The notes: a model not told the origin generated them from the letters alone. Positions 30,437 to 44,435 are shown, counted from the whole stretch's first letter. The stretch: 61,720 nt of DNA, filler included, from Hausera hauseri (GCA_046269625.1; 9 parts of 9 records of this genome joined end to end with filler, not necessarily neighbours in it); one strand, 5' to 3'. Made by a program: numbers and translations.

Positions 30437-30811
30437 TGTTATAGTTGGGGTGACCCTTATCGTCTCACACTGTAACAATAATTAAAGTCGATTTAAAAGG
30501 TTTTCTAAGCAGGTTAGAACTACTCGTGCTCGAATAGTTGGCTTGTACCCTAAGAGTTATCAGATACGTGAAGTGATGATGGTAGTGCTTGCAATGACAA
30601 AATGCTTGCCTCAATTTACCAATTCTTGTCCTAGCTATAGATTTCACGTTGATTTTACCCTTAGAGTAGTCAAATCGTCGTTAAGAGACGATGCGAAACT
30701 ATATAGGGATTTTAACAAAAGAAATTCAAATAACCTTTATTACTGCAAAATGACTACAAAAATTCAAGACAATCAATCAACGAATAAGTTGAGTTCAGAT
30801 CACTTGTAATA
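30437..30811 (-). repeat. Partial 5' LTR (R/U5) of copy A
   Basis: Ends in ...ACTATAACA two nt before the PBS; AATAAA at 30736-30741 (minus); alignable by eye with 55416-55752. Confidence 0.75.
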
Positions 30812-31476
30812 NNNNNNNNNNNNNNNNNNNNNNNNNNNNNNNNNNNNNNNNNNNNTTAATTAATTAANNNNNNNNNNNNNNNNNNNNNNNNNNNNNNNNN
30901 NNNNNNNNNNNGCTTTACATACCTTAAATAATAATACGAAACACAAATTAAAAAAAGGTAGCAGAAAGACGAATAAAATTGTCCCTTTTTAAAAAATAAT
31001 AAATTCAAACAATAATATTATTCAAATAATATAATTTACAATTTCGTTCAGATCATGTATTTCATTGTCTTCCTTTACAAAGCACTGTGAAATGTCTGAA
31101 TTTGCTTTATGATTTTACAGAACACTATTCAATACTTTCCATGTATACTCTACTATGCTTGATTTTTTTTCCAAAAAAAAAACATCTATTAAGCCTACAA
31201 AGAAAGAAGAGTGGTGTAGTCTCAGTGTCTGGATCACAAAATACACAGAAGCCTACTTGGTATCAATGTTTAATTTATTTTGCAAATGTCATAACAAGGG
31301 TAAAATTAATTAAAGTTTGAAATTCTCTTTTGTGAGAGTCGAAAAGAAGGTCTAATTTTTAAAATATATAATTTCTATCCAATTGATTGTTTTCTTCTCA
31401 GTGTTGATGGAAACTCAAAGTTATCGTTCTGAGTTGGTTATAATTTTTTGTGTAGGCAGTCACAGCCATTAATGAT

Positions 31477-31660
31477 CAATGGTGGAATGTAACAAAGTAC
31501 AAGTACTTTGTTGCTGTACTTAAATACATTTTTCATGTATCTGGACCTTACTTAAGTAGATTTTATCATGGGTACTTTTGACTTTTACTCCACTACATTT
31601 TACATTAAGTATCTGTACTTTCTACTGCACTACATTTCTGTAATGCGTTGAATTACAAAT
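31477..31660 (+). mobile_element. Terminus of a fish non-autonomous DNA transposon (hAT-like)
   Basis: caatggtggaatgtaacaaagtacaagtact...gtacttaa...acttttactccactacattt, resembling common teleost repeat ends; partner end not found. Confidence 0.45.
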
Positions 31661-34241
31661 TACATTCATGTCACATTGCATTACTTTTTATTACTTTTTT
31701 TTGTATTTTAGTATGAAAGTAATCAGTGGTGATTGGGAATTGCTGTAATTGGTCCATTGAGCCAATGCAATCACCTGCTGGAGCAGCAGCAGCAGCAGCA
31801 GCACTGCCAAAATGGACCATGGAGGATGTACCACTGATAGCCTTACTTAACTTATTCAAGTTAAGTGATTCCAAAAACAACTGGTTGAGCTTTGATAGAG
31901 GAGGTTGGTGGAGAATTTACAGCTTCTGTAGCTGTTGTCACAATGTCTGAGGATGCACAAAATCACCTGTCCAAGTGTGAACAGCTGTCACAAAGGGTTA
32001 ACAAAAACATGCATTATCTGCACCCTTGTTCAGTGAAATAGTACCATTTATGTATTAAAAATTTACATACAGAAGGCACACCTTATCATTTGAGTATGAT
32101 GGCAGGTTACCATTCATTGTTTCAAAATTGATCATATTTAAACACCCTTGCAGACCATAATAAGTCCTATTAAAACCAATGAGATATAGTCTAGAGGTAC
32201 TGAATTTTGTCTGAATATGTAGACAGAGAAATGGACCATCTGCTGAAATGTTGGCCTTTCATTCCTTCTCCAGAGACTGTCCATGCTGAGAAAGCTCTCC
32301 AGAGATCAATGAATACTTCAGCAACAATTAACAGACAGTGCGGTTAATTGTTAAAGCTGAATGTGTTAAGACAAAGTCAGAACATCACTGAAACTCAGTG
32401 TGATATTGACAACCATTGTTTTTTATTTGATCTGTAGTGTAGCAATAAAGATGAGTCATTTTTATCATGACCTCTCAACCCCACAGGTCATGATTCCTCC
32501 TGAAGTGAACTCTGTTCTTAAAAAGTGTTCTTACAGTCAAATTATAGGCCTGTATTTTCCATTAATCTGTCCTTGTTCTGCAGATTATGCTGACATGACT
32601 GGGTAATCTTTCTTTGAATCATCGTATTAAAAAAAGTCATATTTTTGTGACTTGATTTTCCTTTTTAAATGTATTTCATTTTAAGTGTGTATTCTGCAAC
32701 CTGAATATTTATCTGAGCTGTCATTTATTTTAATATCCAGTGTTGTTCAAAATGGTATGTCTGAATAAACAAGAATGCACTGTATTTCTTCTTTAAAACT
32801 TTATTTTCAATCATCTGACTCCAATCAGGTTCATACAATCAGCAGGCCTCATTGTAAGACCTTAGGCTGAACCAAAACAAAGACATCTGCTCTGCTCTGA
32901 GCAGAGATACTGCAAAACACAGAATTCTCTCTACTATAATAATGAATGCGGCTTATAATGTTCATCTCTTTATGGTTACAGCCCCAGAGGTGTTACGTTA
33001 ACGTTCCTCATTTTTTTTAGACTAAAGAAAGAACAACTAAGACACACACCAACTCTTTGTCTGCTGTAACCATACAGGCTGAAAGGATCAAAATGTATAA
33101 AATACAATACTGCATTTAATACTATAAATAGTTTACAAAATTTCCATCAGTACCCTGTTTGTTATCGAACAGTTTCTTTTCTTTCTCTCATGAAGCAGGT
33201 AAAATGCTGCATGTGTGTGTGTTAAAGCCATCCTGTTGAACATGTTAACAAAATATCTTCACTCCAAGAGATTACTTTTGCTATAAGCAGCAGTGACCCT
33301 AAAATATAATTCATTTGGTTATGTTTTTGACTACAACTCCCAAGGTGAATGCAAAAAAGACGAAGAATTCAGTTGTGAATCATATTCAGTAAACCATCAG
33401 TGAACAGCAAATATGTAGTGCAGAGCAGAACTAGTATGACCCTTTCTGGTTCTCCCCCATTTCTAACTTCGTAAATGTGAACTTAGTAAATGTGATCCTA
33501 TTTAAGAAATGCTGCTAGTACACATCTACAATGAAGAAATTTTCAAACAATAATTTTTTAGTAGCATAGCAGTTTTAATTTTGTCACAGAAAAATTATTT
33601 ACAATATTTAAGAATGTGCTACGAATTTTCAACCTGAAATAAAAACATACATGTACAATAGAACATGAGGAAATTTATTAATTTTTTTGGAGACAATTTT
33701 ATTTTAAACTTTATATTCCATCCAAATTATTCTCCCATAGAATGTCAGGGAAAAAAATGAGGAACAAGCCATTTAGAAAACTAAATTATTACTTAAATCG
33801 AACTGAAAGTATAACAATCTATGCGTTATCTTTTATATACATTGACAGATTGTCTTTGACAAGATGGCATTGCACTTGTACCACAGTTAACTACTTCTGA
33901 AAGTGGGCATGTTGCCTTTATTTTATATAACCTACCTCACTGGTTAAAACATAGGAACTCTGAATATATTTATATATAAACATTTAACAGGTTAACAGCC
34001 ACAGAATATTTCTAAATTTGCTAAAGTGAGGAAATGATGCCATGTAAAAATTAAGTAAGTCAATAGAGCCATAGCAAAGGGGAAAATAGTAAATGTATAT
34101 AATTTTTAAACACATTAACTTATACAAATACACAAATTGAAAGTTTTATGCTTTTCTCCAAAAACAAACAAATGTATGTAATGCACTGCAAAAAACATGT
34201 AAACAAAATATGAAACAAAAAGCAATTAATATGAAGTGCTT

Positions 34242-35193
34242 TCAGAACTGACAGTCCAGGCAGTGGCCAGGTGTACCGTCAATGTAGTAGCGGTTGTACT
34301 CCCCTAGTCTTCCATTTCCTGTGAAGCCCACACAGTCTTTGTACAATTGGTTGCAGGAAGAACATGTTATCACAGCAAAGGGTTTTCGGTTTCTGTCCTG
34401 AAAGATGCTGAGAATTTACTCCAGTTGATCTCCCCTGTAAATGATCATTTAAAAAAGTTACGTAAAATGTAATTTCATGTTTTAAATGAGAACAAGTCAA
34501 ACATCATTACCATCCAGCCATGCAAAGTGGGCCTTCTTCCTGAAAACTGGATCAGACACCAAAGATTTAAACCGCTTGCAGGTCAATGCCAAAGTGAGGT
34601 AAGCAGCATCTCCTTCTGTTAGGACCACCTCTTGGAGCACAGCCTCAAGTACATGCAAAGGCATCTGAAAAACAACCCAAATGTGAATTGTAAGCGTGTC
34701 AGAGAACGAACAACAATATGTATAAGAATTATTCTTACCTGTAAAATTGGTGGCATTTGTTGCACCTAAAAAGAGAAGACCACAAAAAAAAAACAGACAT
34801 AATACAGCATCAACACACATTTACATCTGAAACACACAAGGAAGTGACAATTCTTAATTATGGATAGTGTGACAAACCTCAAGGTCTGGCTTGGTTGTTC
34901 ATGCATAGGTGTGGTCCTCAGCACAATGACTCTGACAAAATATATATTTATACAATGTTTCTTAAAAACTAAAAGACAAAAACAGTCGGGTAATGTACAA
35001 AAACATAATTGATTCAATACTTGATTGTTGGATCATGATTGTCTGTCAAACACAAACCTAGTGCAAATGAGCACTGCAAATACACATAACAACAAAGAGA
35101 TTATTTAAAACTATATCTTACCTTACATTTTCTCCTTGCTTCAACCATTTCATCATCTCTCTTCCGCTTTCTCTCTCGTCGTAGTTCTTCTTT
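34242..35193 (-). pseudogene. Small spliced gene: basic coiled coil + F-box-like motif + two CxxC pairs; 1-bp frameshift in the last exon
   Basis: GT-AG exons 35122-35193 (partial), 34739-34765, 34511-34664, 34242-34434; ILQMPLHVLEAVLQEV...LALTCKRFKSLVSD; TCSSC...HCLDC. Confidence 0.6.
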
Positions 35194-35508
35194 NNNNNNN
35201 NNNNNNNNNNNNNNNNNNNNNNNNNNNNNNNNNNNNNTTAATTAATTAANNNNNNNNNNNNNNNNNNNNNNNNNNNNNNNNNNNNNNNNNNNNTATTAGT
35301 AATAATTAATTAAATGTGCAGCCAAAATGTACTTGATTTTGTTGAAATATATATTTATATCAACAATAGATTTATTCGGAATTAACGTTGTGTAAATAGA
35401 AAATAGGTGCAGGATAGCCCTCGTGGTAACTGAACAACCACACGAACTCACAGCGAGAAAAGTTTCACTAGCGCAACTTCCATAAATAAAATGTTAACAA
35501 AAACCAAA

Positions 35509-36110
35509 ACAGAACCAACAATCCTTAAAGATTGTAATGCAAGTTTAGAAGAACCAATGTTTAGAAGTAGTGAAACAGATGGGGTAAGATTGCCAAATGG
35601 AGGTATTACTGCAGCTCCAAATAAACTAACACAAACAAATCTCGCAAAAGGGATTACCGATGATAAGTTTCGTCAAAGGGCATATATAGGCATAAGGAAA
35701 TTAAAGCCTTTAGACAATTTCTCGCTTTTCCGCGACAGCGGATACACAAATTAAATCGAGCCATAGACTCCGTACTAAATGATACTCGATATCAAGCTAA
35801 ATGGGAATCATTTCTTGGTGTAAACAATTACCAGCGAGTAACCACAGAAATATTGTACAAAATTTGGGAAGATTTTTAATTTTTGACAAGCCGAATCTGG
35901 ATTTTTAGCAATCTATTTCCTATTACAAATAATTAAGGCCGTCATCCAAGCAGTAATATATGGCAATGAAATATGTACATTGACCGGATTTTCGTGTAAA
36001 ATATTGACCTCAATCATAACGTCTTTTGCAAAGTTTTTGAAAGCCTACGAAGAAAATAGATGGAAATCGGACGTAAAACGTCATGTCGGTTATCATAATC
36101 GTAAATGAAA
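35509..36110 (+). pseudogene. C-terminal part of the chuvirus-like glycoprotein, including membrane anchor region
   Basis: PTILKDC...PMFR.SETD.V.LPNGG; GIYRHKEIKAFRQFLAFP; FLAIYFLLQIIKAVIQAVIYG..ICTLTGFS; matches copy C. Confidence 0.8.
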
Positions 36111-36697
36111 AGAAACACCTATGTTCTTGTACAAGCGAAAATTTACAAAATCTAATACTCGAAGAAATAATTCAGATGATGACGAGCCTAAAGGAGGAGA
36201 AGTACTTTTAAGAACAGACAGACGTAAGTCGTAATCCGTCAGTAAAGCACCATTGCCTATGATATCCCCTACTTCTCCAGTCTATGAAGAATGTGACAAA
36301 CGGTCAATGAGCTCTTATCAGACAGAAATCTATAAAAAGACAATTAGTTTGGACGACCGCTACGAAGGAACGAGACGCTATGGAGTCATACTAAAAATGT
36401 GTTATCGACAGCCCATGGATGACCCCAGAATATTGTATTCCCCGAGAGAACCTTGGAATATAGAAACTAGATTGCCTGTCTGGGAAAATCCAAGGTTAAA
36501 AACCTTCCAAAATATAGAACCACACACTAACAATCGAGAACCATTAACTGAACATCAAAAACAATAAATTATATCCAAACGGAGAATTAAGACAATTATC
36601 AGAAAGCACAGTATCCTCCCCGGAAATTTGAATCAACGGACATAAAATATCGGCGACTAAACGCCCAAAAGTTGCATAAAACTGTTTTTGAACAGTA

Positions 36698-39600
36698 ATG
36701 GAAGGGAGACCCTTCTCCAAAATCATTATTGAAGACTGGGAAGTTTATGCGTTAATCGATACAGGTTCTGAGATGTCGTATATTAAAAACGATTCTATAC
36801 CTCAAACTCTAGGAGGACAGTTATACCAACCATCTACAAAGGATCCAGGAAGTACAGGAGCTTTTGGCCAAATGTTAAAACCCATGTTCAAATGGGACCC
36901 AGAAGTTCAAATAGTTAGACAGTTTTTCCGTCACGAATTTGAAGTTATGGAACAATTAACTGACGACGTAGTTCTAGGGTGTACTCTACTCAAGAGACTA
37001 CCAAATATAGCGATTGACTTGCAGACAGGAAAATTAATAGAAATCAGACCAAATAAAAGCGTAAGAAACTCTAAGGATAGAAAATTTGGAGAGGTGTGTA
37101 TACCAGTAGATGAAAATATTCCACCGAGAAAAGATAATAATTTACGCGCAAATTCAACAAGATGACGATCAACCAGTATATTTCGAATCAAAAGAGACAT
37201 TAAATCCGAATATAATACTTAGTAATATACTGACCAGAGTGCACTCCGGTCTTGTACCGATCAGAATAGCAAATAATGCACCGACTTCCATCAAGCTTTA
37301 TGTTTATACCACTCTAGGAAATATTTATAGAGGGTCGTCCATAACTATTAAAGAAAAGCCTTATAAGTATGCCGAATTCTCACTTCATGTCGAAGCTATG
37401 TTTTCCCCGGAATCTTACTGTCGATTCTATGAATTATTATGTCGCTATAAATGGATTATTGCTAAGGACGATGAGGATATTGGTAGGACGAAAGCATTAA
37501 AATTAACTATCCCGCTTAAAAAAGCCTAGTTCAAACGAAGAAATAAATCTTGAGGATCAGAAGATATCGAAATGGTATCCTCCACCTGATTCACTAAAAC
37601 CCGAGATAACAAAGGCGTTCAAACGGATGCTTAATCCGATATAATTAAGCCGAGCTATAGATCTTGGTATTCACCAATCTTCATGGTTAAAAAGAAAGGT
37701 ACTACGAAACATCGATTCTGCATTGACTACAGAGCGTTAAATAATCCTATGATGAAAGATTTCCCATTGCCATCAGTAAAAGAGGCTCTAGACAAACTCT
37801 CCAGAGAAAAATGGTTTACCACTCTGGATTTACAATCGGGATATTGACAGGTACAAATCGAGGACGAAGACCGATATAAAACAGCGTTCAAGATACATGA
37901 TGGTGTTTATGAATTTAATGTCATGCCATTCGGTATTACTACCGGACCAGCCATATTTAAAAGACTAATGAATAAAATGTTGGTGTAATAAGACCATGCT
38001 TTTGCATATTTAGACAATGTAATGATAGCGTCAGAGGAACACNNNNNNNNNNCAAAATATCAGATTGCGTGGAACCACAAAATCGGAAAAAGCTAAGACA
38101 CTGGCTACGTTTATGTGGATATTATGACACTTATGTACCGAACAACTCGAAAATAAATGTACCGTTATATCACCTTCTTAAAAAAGGAATTAAATGGAAA
38201 TGGACAGACGTCTAACTGAAAGCTTTCGACGATATGAAAAAGATATTAACAAGTGCACCAGTTTTTCAATACACAGACTTTAATTTACCTTTTATAATCA
38301 AGACAGATGCCAGTAAAAAAGATATTGGCCATAAATTAGTGCAGAAAGGAGAAGATGAAGAATTAAAATACCCAAATGCTTATGTAGGACGATCCTTGAA
38401 GAAGGCCCAGAAAAATTATTCTGCTACCAAATTAGAAACTCTAGCCGTAAAATTTGCGCTTCGACACTTCAACGTTTACGTGTACGGGCAGAAAATTGTA
38501 ATTGTCAGTGATCACAAAGCCGTTACGACTTTAAAAGGCCCACAAATAACCCAACATGCAGACTTAACAGATGGATCGAAGAAATCTCTAGATACAATAT
38601 TGAATTCTAGTATAAGCCAGGAAATAAACATGTAGATGCCGATGCACTATAAAGACTAAAGACCAAACAAGTGCAATCACTGTAATGAAGAAAAGTCAGC
38701 CTGAAGAAATAATAGATCGCCAACGTGCCTTAACGACGGATGAAGCGATTAAAATCTCAACCGAACAAAGAAAGAATAGAATTATCCAACAGATTATAGA
38801 ATTTGCTGAGAAGGACATAGTACCAAAAGGACGAAAATTATAAAAATATCTACGTAGACACGGACACAAATATTGCGTTTTGAACAACAAGGGTCTCGAA
38901 AACCTTCTATATTATGAGCGAAAAGAAAAAAAGCTGATAATTATTCCGAAAAACTTACGAATTAAGGTTTTTATGTCGGAACATGACTCATACTTAGCCG
39001 GACACATGTAGTGGAAAAAGATGTTACAGATAATACTGAATAAATACTTTCGGCTCAGTATCTATATTGATGTGAAAAATTGAGTAAATGCTTGTGAAGT
39101 ATATGCCACTAAACAAAAAAGACAAAGAATTATATAGCAAAATTAAAACCAGTCAATGGATATCGTAGGACCGCTTCCTACGACCCACAGAAACAATAAA
39201 TATAGATTAACTTGTATTGATCGACTAACTCATTTTGTCGAATTGATAACGTTAATTGATCAAAAGGCGGAAACTTTGGCAGAAGCTGTAGTAAGAATCA
39301 TTTGCCGATATGGACCTCCAGACCAAATATTAACAGATCGAGGAAGAAATTTTATAAGTGAACTATTTGAGAAGATTATCAAAATATTTGAAATCGAATG
39401 GGTAACTAATATCGCGTATCACCCTCAGTGTAATGGAATGGTTAAACGAATGAATGCAATTGTCATACGCATACTATCAACAGTAGTAGCTAAGGACCAA
39501 AAAGATTGGGACAAATTTTTAGAAGGAAATCAGTTTGCAATCAATACCACGCCACATCTATCAACAGGATTTACACCATATTTTATGATGTATGGACGCG

Positions 39601-39990
39601 AAGATATGTTGCGAACAGACTTAGGAATGACGCCATACACAGTCAATCCCGAAGATTTAGAACAAAACTTCGCAGAAGTATTACAAACGCGACTACAAAA
39701 ATGTTGAGAAATCACCAAGGAGTTATCCCAAGAATATCAAGAACAGTTCAAAAAGTAATACGATGAGAAAGTGAAACCGCATGATTTAGAACCAGGAAAT
39801 TGGGTTTATGTACATTATCCAGTTGCCAAGAAAGGCACGTTATTAAAACTGACTCGTACAGGCACAGGACCGTACGAAGTGACTAGAGTCACGCTAACTA
39901 CCAAGTACATTAACAAAAATGGGAAGGAAGAAGTCTTATCAATACAAAGAGTTGTTAAGACGGATATACGTCCCAATAAACGTTACAATT
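36698..39990 (+). pseudogene. pol: Ty3/Gypsy pol: aspartic protease, RT, RNase H, integrase with GPY/F module; many stops and frameshifts
   Basis: ALIDTGSEMSYI; SPIFMVKKK..RFCIDYRALN..PLP..LDLQSGY*Q..KTAF..YEFNVMPFG..AYLDN; TDAS..YSATKLETLAV..SDHK; HDSYLAGH..C; DIVGPLP..TDRGRNF..YHPQCNG; GPYEV. Confidence 0.95.
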
Positions 39991-41438
39991 TACATCAACG
40001 CGAGATAAAAACTTTCTCAATAATTGGTAGACCGTTATCATATCTTCAGATAGTTTTAGCACGATCACTAATTGCTTCTAATATTCCAAGAACACAAACT
40101 CAATGGTGGGACGATGAAACCATGTTAGAAGACTTATATGGAATTCGGAAGAGCGGATCAAAGCCGAAAAGTATTATAACGAAAAAGTAAACAACGGCCG
40201 AAGAGATCCAAAAACGAGAAGACACTATTTTGTTACAATCAATGAAGGTTCATTACTTTTCGCCCGACTCTCTGTGTGTTGGATTTAAAACTTAGAGACC
40301 ATATCACGATTTCGGAAGATTTCAAGTTGTACTATATGATGTGACAACAAAATAAGTAAAAAATTGCGATTTTTAACCCGGAGATTATACACAGTGCTGT
40401 GACAGATTTTGGACATATTTACATCCTTACTTATCGACTATACTTACTAGACTCATCAGAAGTCTATATCAAAGTAAACTCACAACTTCAATTGGTCATT
40501 CTCACTTGGCCTAGACGATTCGAAGTGAAACCCAAAGAAAGGCTACAATTCACTGACCCAAATATAAGGCTGTTAGATGAAAACATCAAAAGGATCTCAG
40601 TAAACCAGGGAAAACAATGCATCTAAGTAGATGGTTGAACAGGATTAACTCTTAGTCAAAAAATTAGTATTGTTTTCGAAGCAGTAAACGGAAAAGCTCC
40701 GAACATGAAATACTGTTCTCTTCATGCCGGTGTGTAACACCCATGTTGTAAGCTATCAGTAAACCAAGAATTCAAAATAAAATTTTATCTATATGAAGTA
40801 CGACGGGATAAACCGAGCAAACATTTGCAAACCTATTACCCATAGAATAGAATATGGCGGATTCCAGTATAAACGACAACCGAAAAACCGACAACTCGAG
40901 TTAGTGCTAATACCAGACCCGTTATATCAAGCAGTGTGCCTAAAAGAGAATTTGGAAGTGTACATACTAAATATTCGGCACATCGATTTAAAATTGTGTT
41001 CTTTGTAGAAAAACTAAATTACGACATACATATAAGCTGTCGAACAACGTATAATAATCAAATTGGAAAACTACTTAAGAACACTCAGAAGACGGAATGC
41101 AATTTGTTAAAACCACAATCCGATTACATAGTACAAGTATATGCAAAGAATAAACAAAATCAATTACATTGCGTACCTTAAACGAAATTCGTGAAGAATC
41201 GCATGTATACGAAAACATAGACGACGAAGTCACAACTCCATTCACCATACAAGCCCAAATGAGATTAACCGCTTTACCAATCATATCGATTTTCGTACTA
41301 CCAACGTTTGTTCTCATTATATTAATTGCGATTTTTCGGTTAGTTGCCAAAAATTGTCAGTCTAAGCGTCCTAAAACTATAGAATTGGAAATTGGGGAAT
41401 TGGCACCCCCTACTGACCCGTATGGTAAAATAACCTGA
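39990..41438 (+). pseudogene. Putative second type-I membrane protein with an FN3-like domain downstream of integrase; fragmented
   Basis: Hydrophobic signal-like FSIIGRPLSYLQIVLARSLIA after IN; CNLLKPQSDYIVQVYAKN (41098-41151); TM LTALPIISIFVLPTFVLIILIAIF; short tail ending at 41438. Confidence 0.55.
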
Positions 41439-41519
41439 CAACTACAGAGCGGGTTATTCTATCATCTAACTAAGAATTTGTTTCATTTTAAGACCACCCT
41501 TTGTTGTAAGATTAACCCT

Positions 41520-41976
41520 TACTGTTTATTTCTTAGACTGATGAGTAAAGAGAGAGTTATTAAAACGGGTACTGGACGACCTATGATCGACGAATCGCGA
41601 TCTATCCAAGAACGAGAACGATGTAGTATCGATAAATCACCAAAACGCCGACTTAGTATCGACGAGTTTCTGCAGAATTACGCTACCGTCTTTCTTCCAA
41701 ATTCAAAATCCATATATCTAGAAATTCATAACGAATGGCATGAGAAAACCTTCATGAAGTATGATCAGACCAGCATAATTCCTAATAATTTAAAGGGTAT
41801 AACGGAGGAAAATAGGATTGTTTACCTTTACGCCATGAGAAAAGAAAAGGATGCCCGAGCATACTCACTCAAACAGATGATCAAGTACGAACATCATCAG
41901 AATATTTATATCCACCTGGTAGATGGTGATATATACTATCGGTTCAAAAATCAAGAAGGCAATAGGGACTTAGTAC
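41520..41976 (+). CDS. Hypothetical ORF, open to the contig end, probably part of the retroelement
   Basis: Over 150 uninterrupted codons from MSKERVIK; same strand and composition as the element; no motif recognised. Confidence 0.45.
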
Positions 41977-42829
41977 NNNNNNNNNNNNNNNNNNNNNNNN
42001 NNNNNNNNNNNNNNNNNNNNTTAATTAATTAANNNNNNNNNNNNNNNNNNNNNNNNNNNNNNNNNNNNNNNNNNNNTATTATTTCACTTGGACACTTGTT
42101 TTGAATTTGGTTATGTTTATGTATACAAATCAATAATTGAGGTTATTTGAGTAAACTGAATTAATGAAGAAAAAATTACCAGTAATATGTTTCATTATGG
42201 GTGCGTGGAAAATATATGCTATTTAATATACACAGGGTGTGGTATTTTGAAATATGGCATTTGTTTTTCAAAAATCTCTACTAACTTTTGTACCTTCTAT
42301 CAGTACTGACATACATGCAAAATTTGGGATGATCCATTTAGCCGTTAAAATGTACTAGCATTTTAAAGTTCAAAATTGTATATTTTCCGGAAAATGTAAT
42401 TAATACCTTGGCTGCTGAACACTAGACTGAGCTACATTAGGATCAAAAGTAAAATTTTATTCGTCTACATTCATTATTTTAACTTATTATCATTTTCTTA
42501 TTCTCCATAACTCAGTGTCAAAATATGTAAAAATCCAAAATCGATATTTTGATGGTTTTAGAATGTGTATGTCCCATTAAATAAAGAAACTTTCTTGCAC
42601 GTGGTTATATTTACGTAATGTTATAAAAATGTTAAAAAAACGAGCTTTTAATAATCAATTTTTTGTCAGCCGTGATAAGTCGAAATAGACGAATTTTCAT
42701 CAAATTTTGAAAAATAGGAACTTCAATTTCTTACCCACATTTCTGAATCGTATTCTTCTTTCTAGTGTGCCCCAAACGTTTTCCATTGGTTTTAAGTCAT
42801 AACTACATACTGGTCAATCCAATATTGTA

Positions 42830-44138
42830 CAGCGTTGTTCAAATTAACGTTTCTACCCTGTGCATTAATGTGTTCATGTACATTTGCACTCTCTTTCTCC
42901 CTCTCTCTCGCATACAATGTTTATTATTTTATGCGTTCTGATGCTTGCCTGTATCCATCATGTAGTTGCACACCTGCATGTTGTATGAGTCATGCACACC
43001 TGCACTGCAAGTCAATAATTAATTTTAATCATTTGTCAGTATTAAAAGCGAGCATCAACTGCGTTTAAAAATTGAAACTCTTCTACGACATACCAGCAAG
43101 AGTAATCGTGAGATAGCCCGCGATCTTTGTGTATCTCTCACAGGTTAACAACGTGAAAAAAAAGCAACTCAGTGCAACAGGAAGTGCTTTACCAAGAAGA
43201 ATCCAAAGGTGTGGTCACAAACCTTTTCTTGGTGCCAGTGCTCAGTGCCTTATTGTTTGCAGGCCAAGCTCCATCCCAAAGTAATATCAAGAGAAATACA
43301 TCAATCCGCATAAGCTGTCTTTGAACATGTCAGTGGTAGCACCATCAGACGTATTCTGCGCCAGAACGGAATGAAAGCATACAGACCCATCAAGTGTCCT
43401 GTCCTCACAAAAACACATTAACGTTGGCGTTACAAATGGTCACTCCAACATTTGCAGTCTTCATCTACTCAGTGGAAGAAAGTTATTTTCTCCGATGAAT
43501 CTTGCTTTGAGGTAAGAGAACCATGGTCTAAGTATGTCCGTCGACAGAAGGCAAGCTGCTTCAACGTGATCACTTCAACGAACAAAGTGGTTGCCTTTGA
43601 AGGTAATGGTATGGGGTTGCATGTCCTTTTATAAGACCTCTGAGTTGCACATTGTCGACGGTACAGTAGATAGTGATAAGTACATCTCTATTTTGAAGGA
43701 GTACCTTTTACCTAAGGTGTAGGAATGGTTTGGTAAATCGAGCTGGATTTAACAGCAAGATAATGCTCGCAGTCATACCAACAAGTACTATAAAGAAGCT
43801 CCAGCAAAACAACATTGAAGTGCTTTCTTGGCCAAGTTGTAGCCCTGGTTTTAATTGCATCGGAAACCTCTGGGGCATTATGAAGCAGGAGGTCTACCAG
43901 ACCATAAATTAGAGTACGCGACATCTCACTGAGAAAATTAAGATTGCGTGGAACAGAGACAAAGTGCAAAGTATGTGTGCTAAATTTGTTTTACCCATGC
44001 CATCACCTGTTAACTGTATCAAGATTGTTAAAGATGGTCACACTTCATATTGATTTATGGTAAATAAAACTTACTTTTGGAAATTTGTGTAATTTTTCTT
44101 CATTTTTGTGGATGGAAACGTTAATTTGAACAACCCTG
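42830..44138 (+). mobile_element. Full-length but decayed Tc1-like transposon
   Basis: TIRs CAGCGTTGTTCAAATTAACGTTTC / GAAACGTTAATTTGAACAACCCTG, TA on both sides; transposase remnants WKKVIFSDESCF, VMVWGC, QQDNARSH, WPSCSPGFNCIGNLW. Confidence 0.92.
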
Positions 44139-44435
44139 TACATTTCTCACTCGTTCAGTCTCAACAATAATGTTTATGAATAGTGAACTTTTACAAATTG
44201 TATTTATGGTAATATTCTTTTTTATATTTCTTCAGATGTATAAGTTGTTATAAAAAAATGTCGTTCTTCTGCTATTAGGTAGCATTGCGTATTAGATCCT
44301 TCGAGACATTTTTTGAAGTGTTAATTTGTTTTAACGAAATAAAGTGCAATTACAACTTGTCAGTTTGATGTATGAATTTTCTTGGAATTTGAATAGTATT
44401 TGATTGTTTTGTAGTAAAAATAACGGTAGAGTCAA

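Larger units (their letters stand above)
24657..30811 (-). mobile_element. LTR retroelement copy A (5' half): LTR-PBS-gag-ORF X-chuvirus-like env; decayed
   Basis: LTR end ...TAACA plus PBS, Gag with CCHC knuckle, long helical coding region, then glycoprotein N-half; collinear with 55416-61720. Confidence 0.85.
35509..41976 (+). mobile_element. LTR retroelement copy B (3' half): env C-terminus - pol - extra ORFs; decayed
   Basis: Begins with sequence homologous to 61255-61720 and continues into PR-RT-RH-IN. Confidence 0.85.

Noticed and set aside
31671-31950. Poly-Ala ORFs on both strands
   Set aside because: Produced by a short (GCA)n microsatellite; no other coding evidence.
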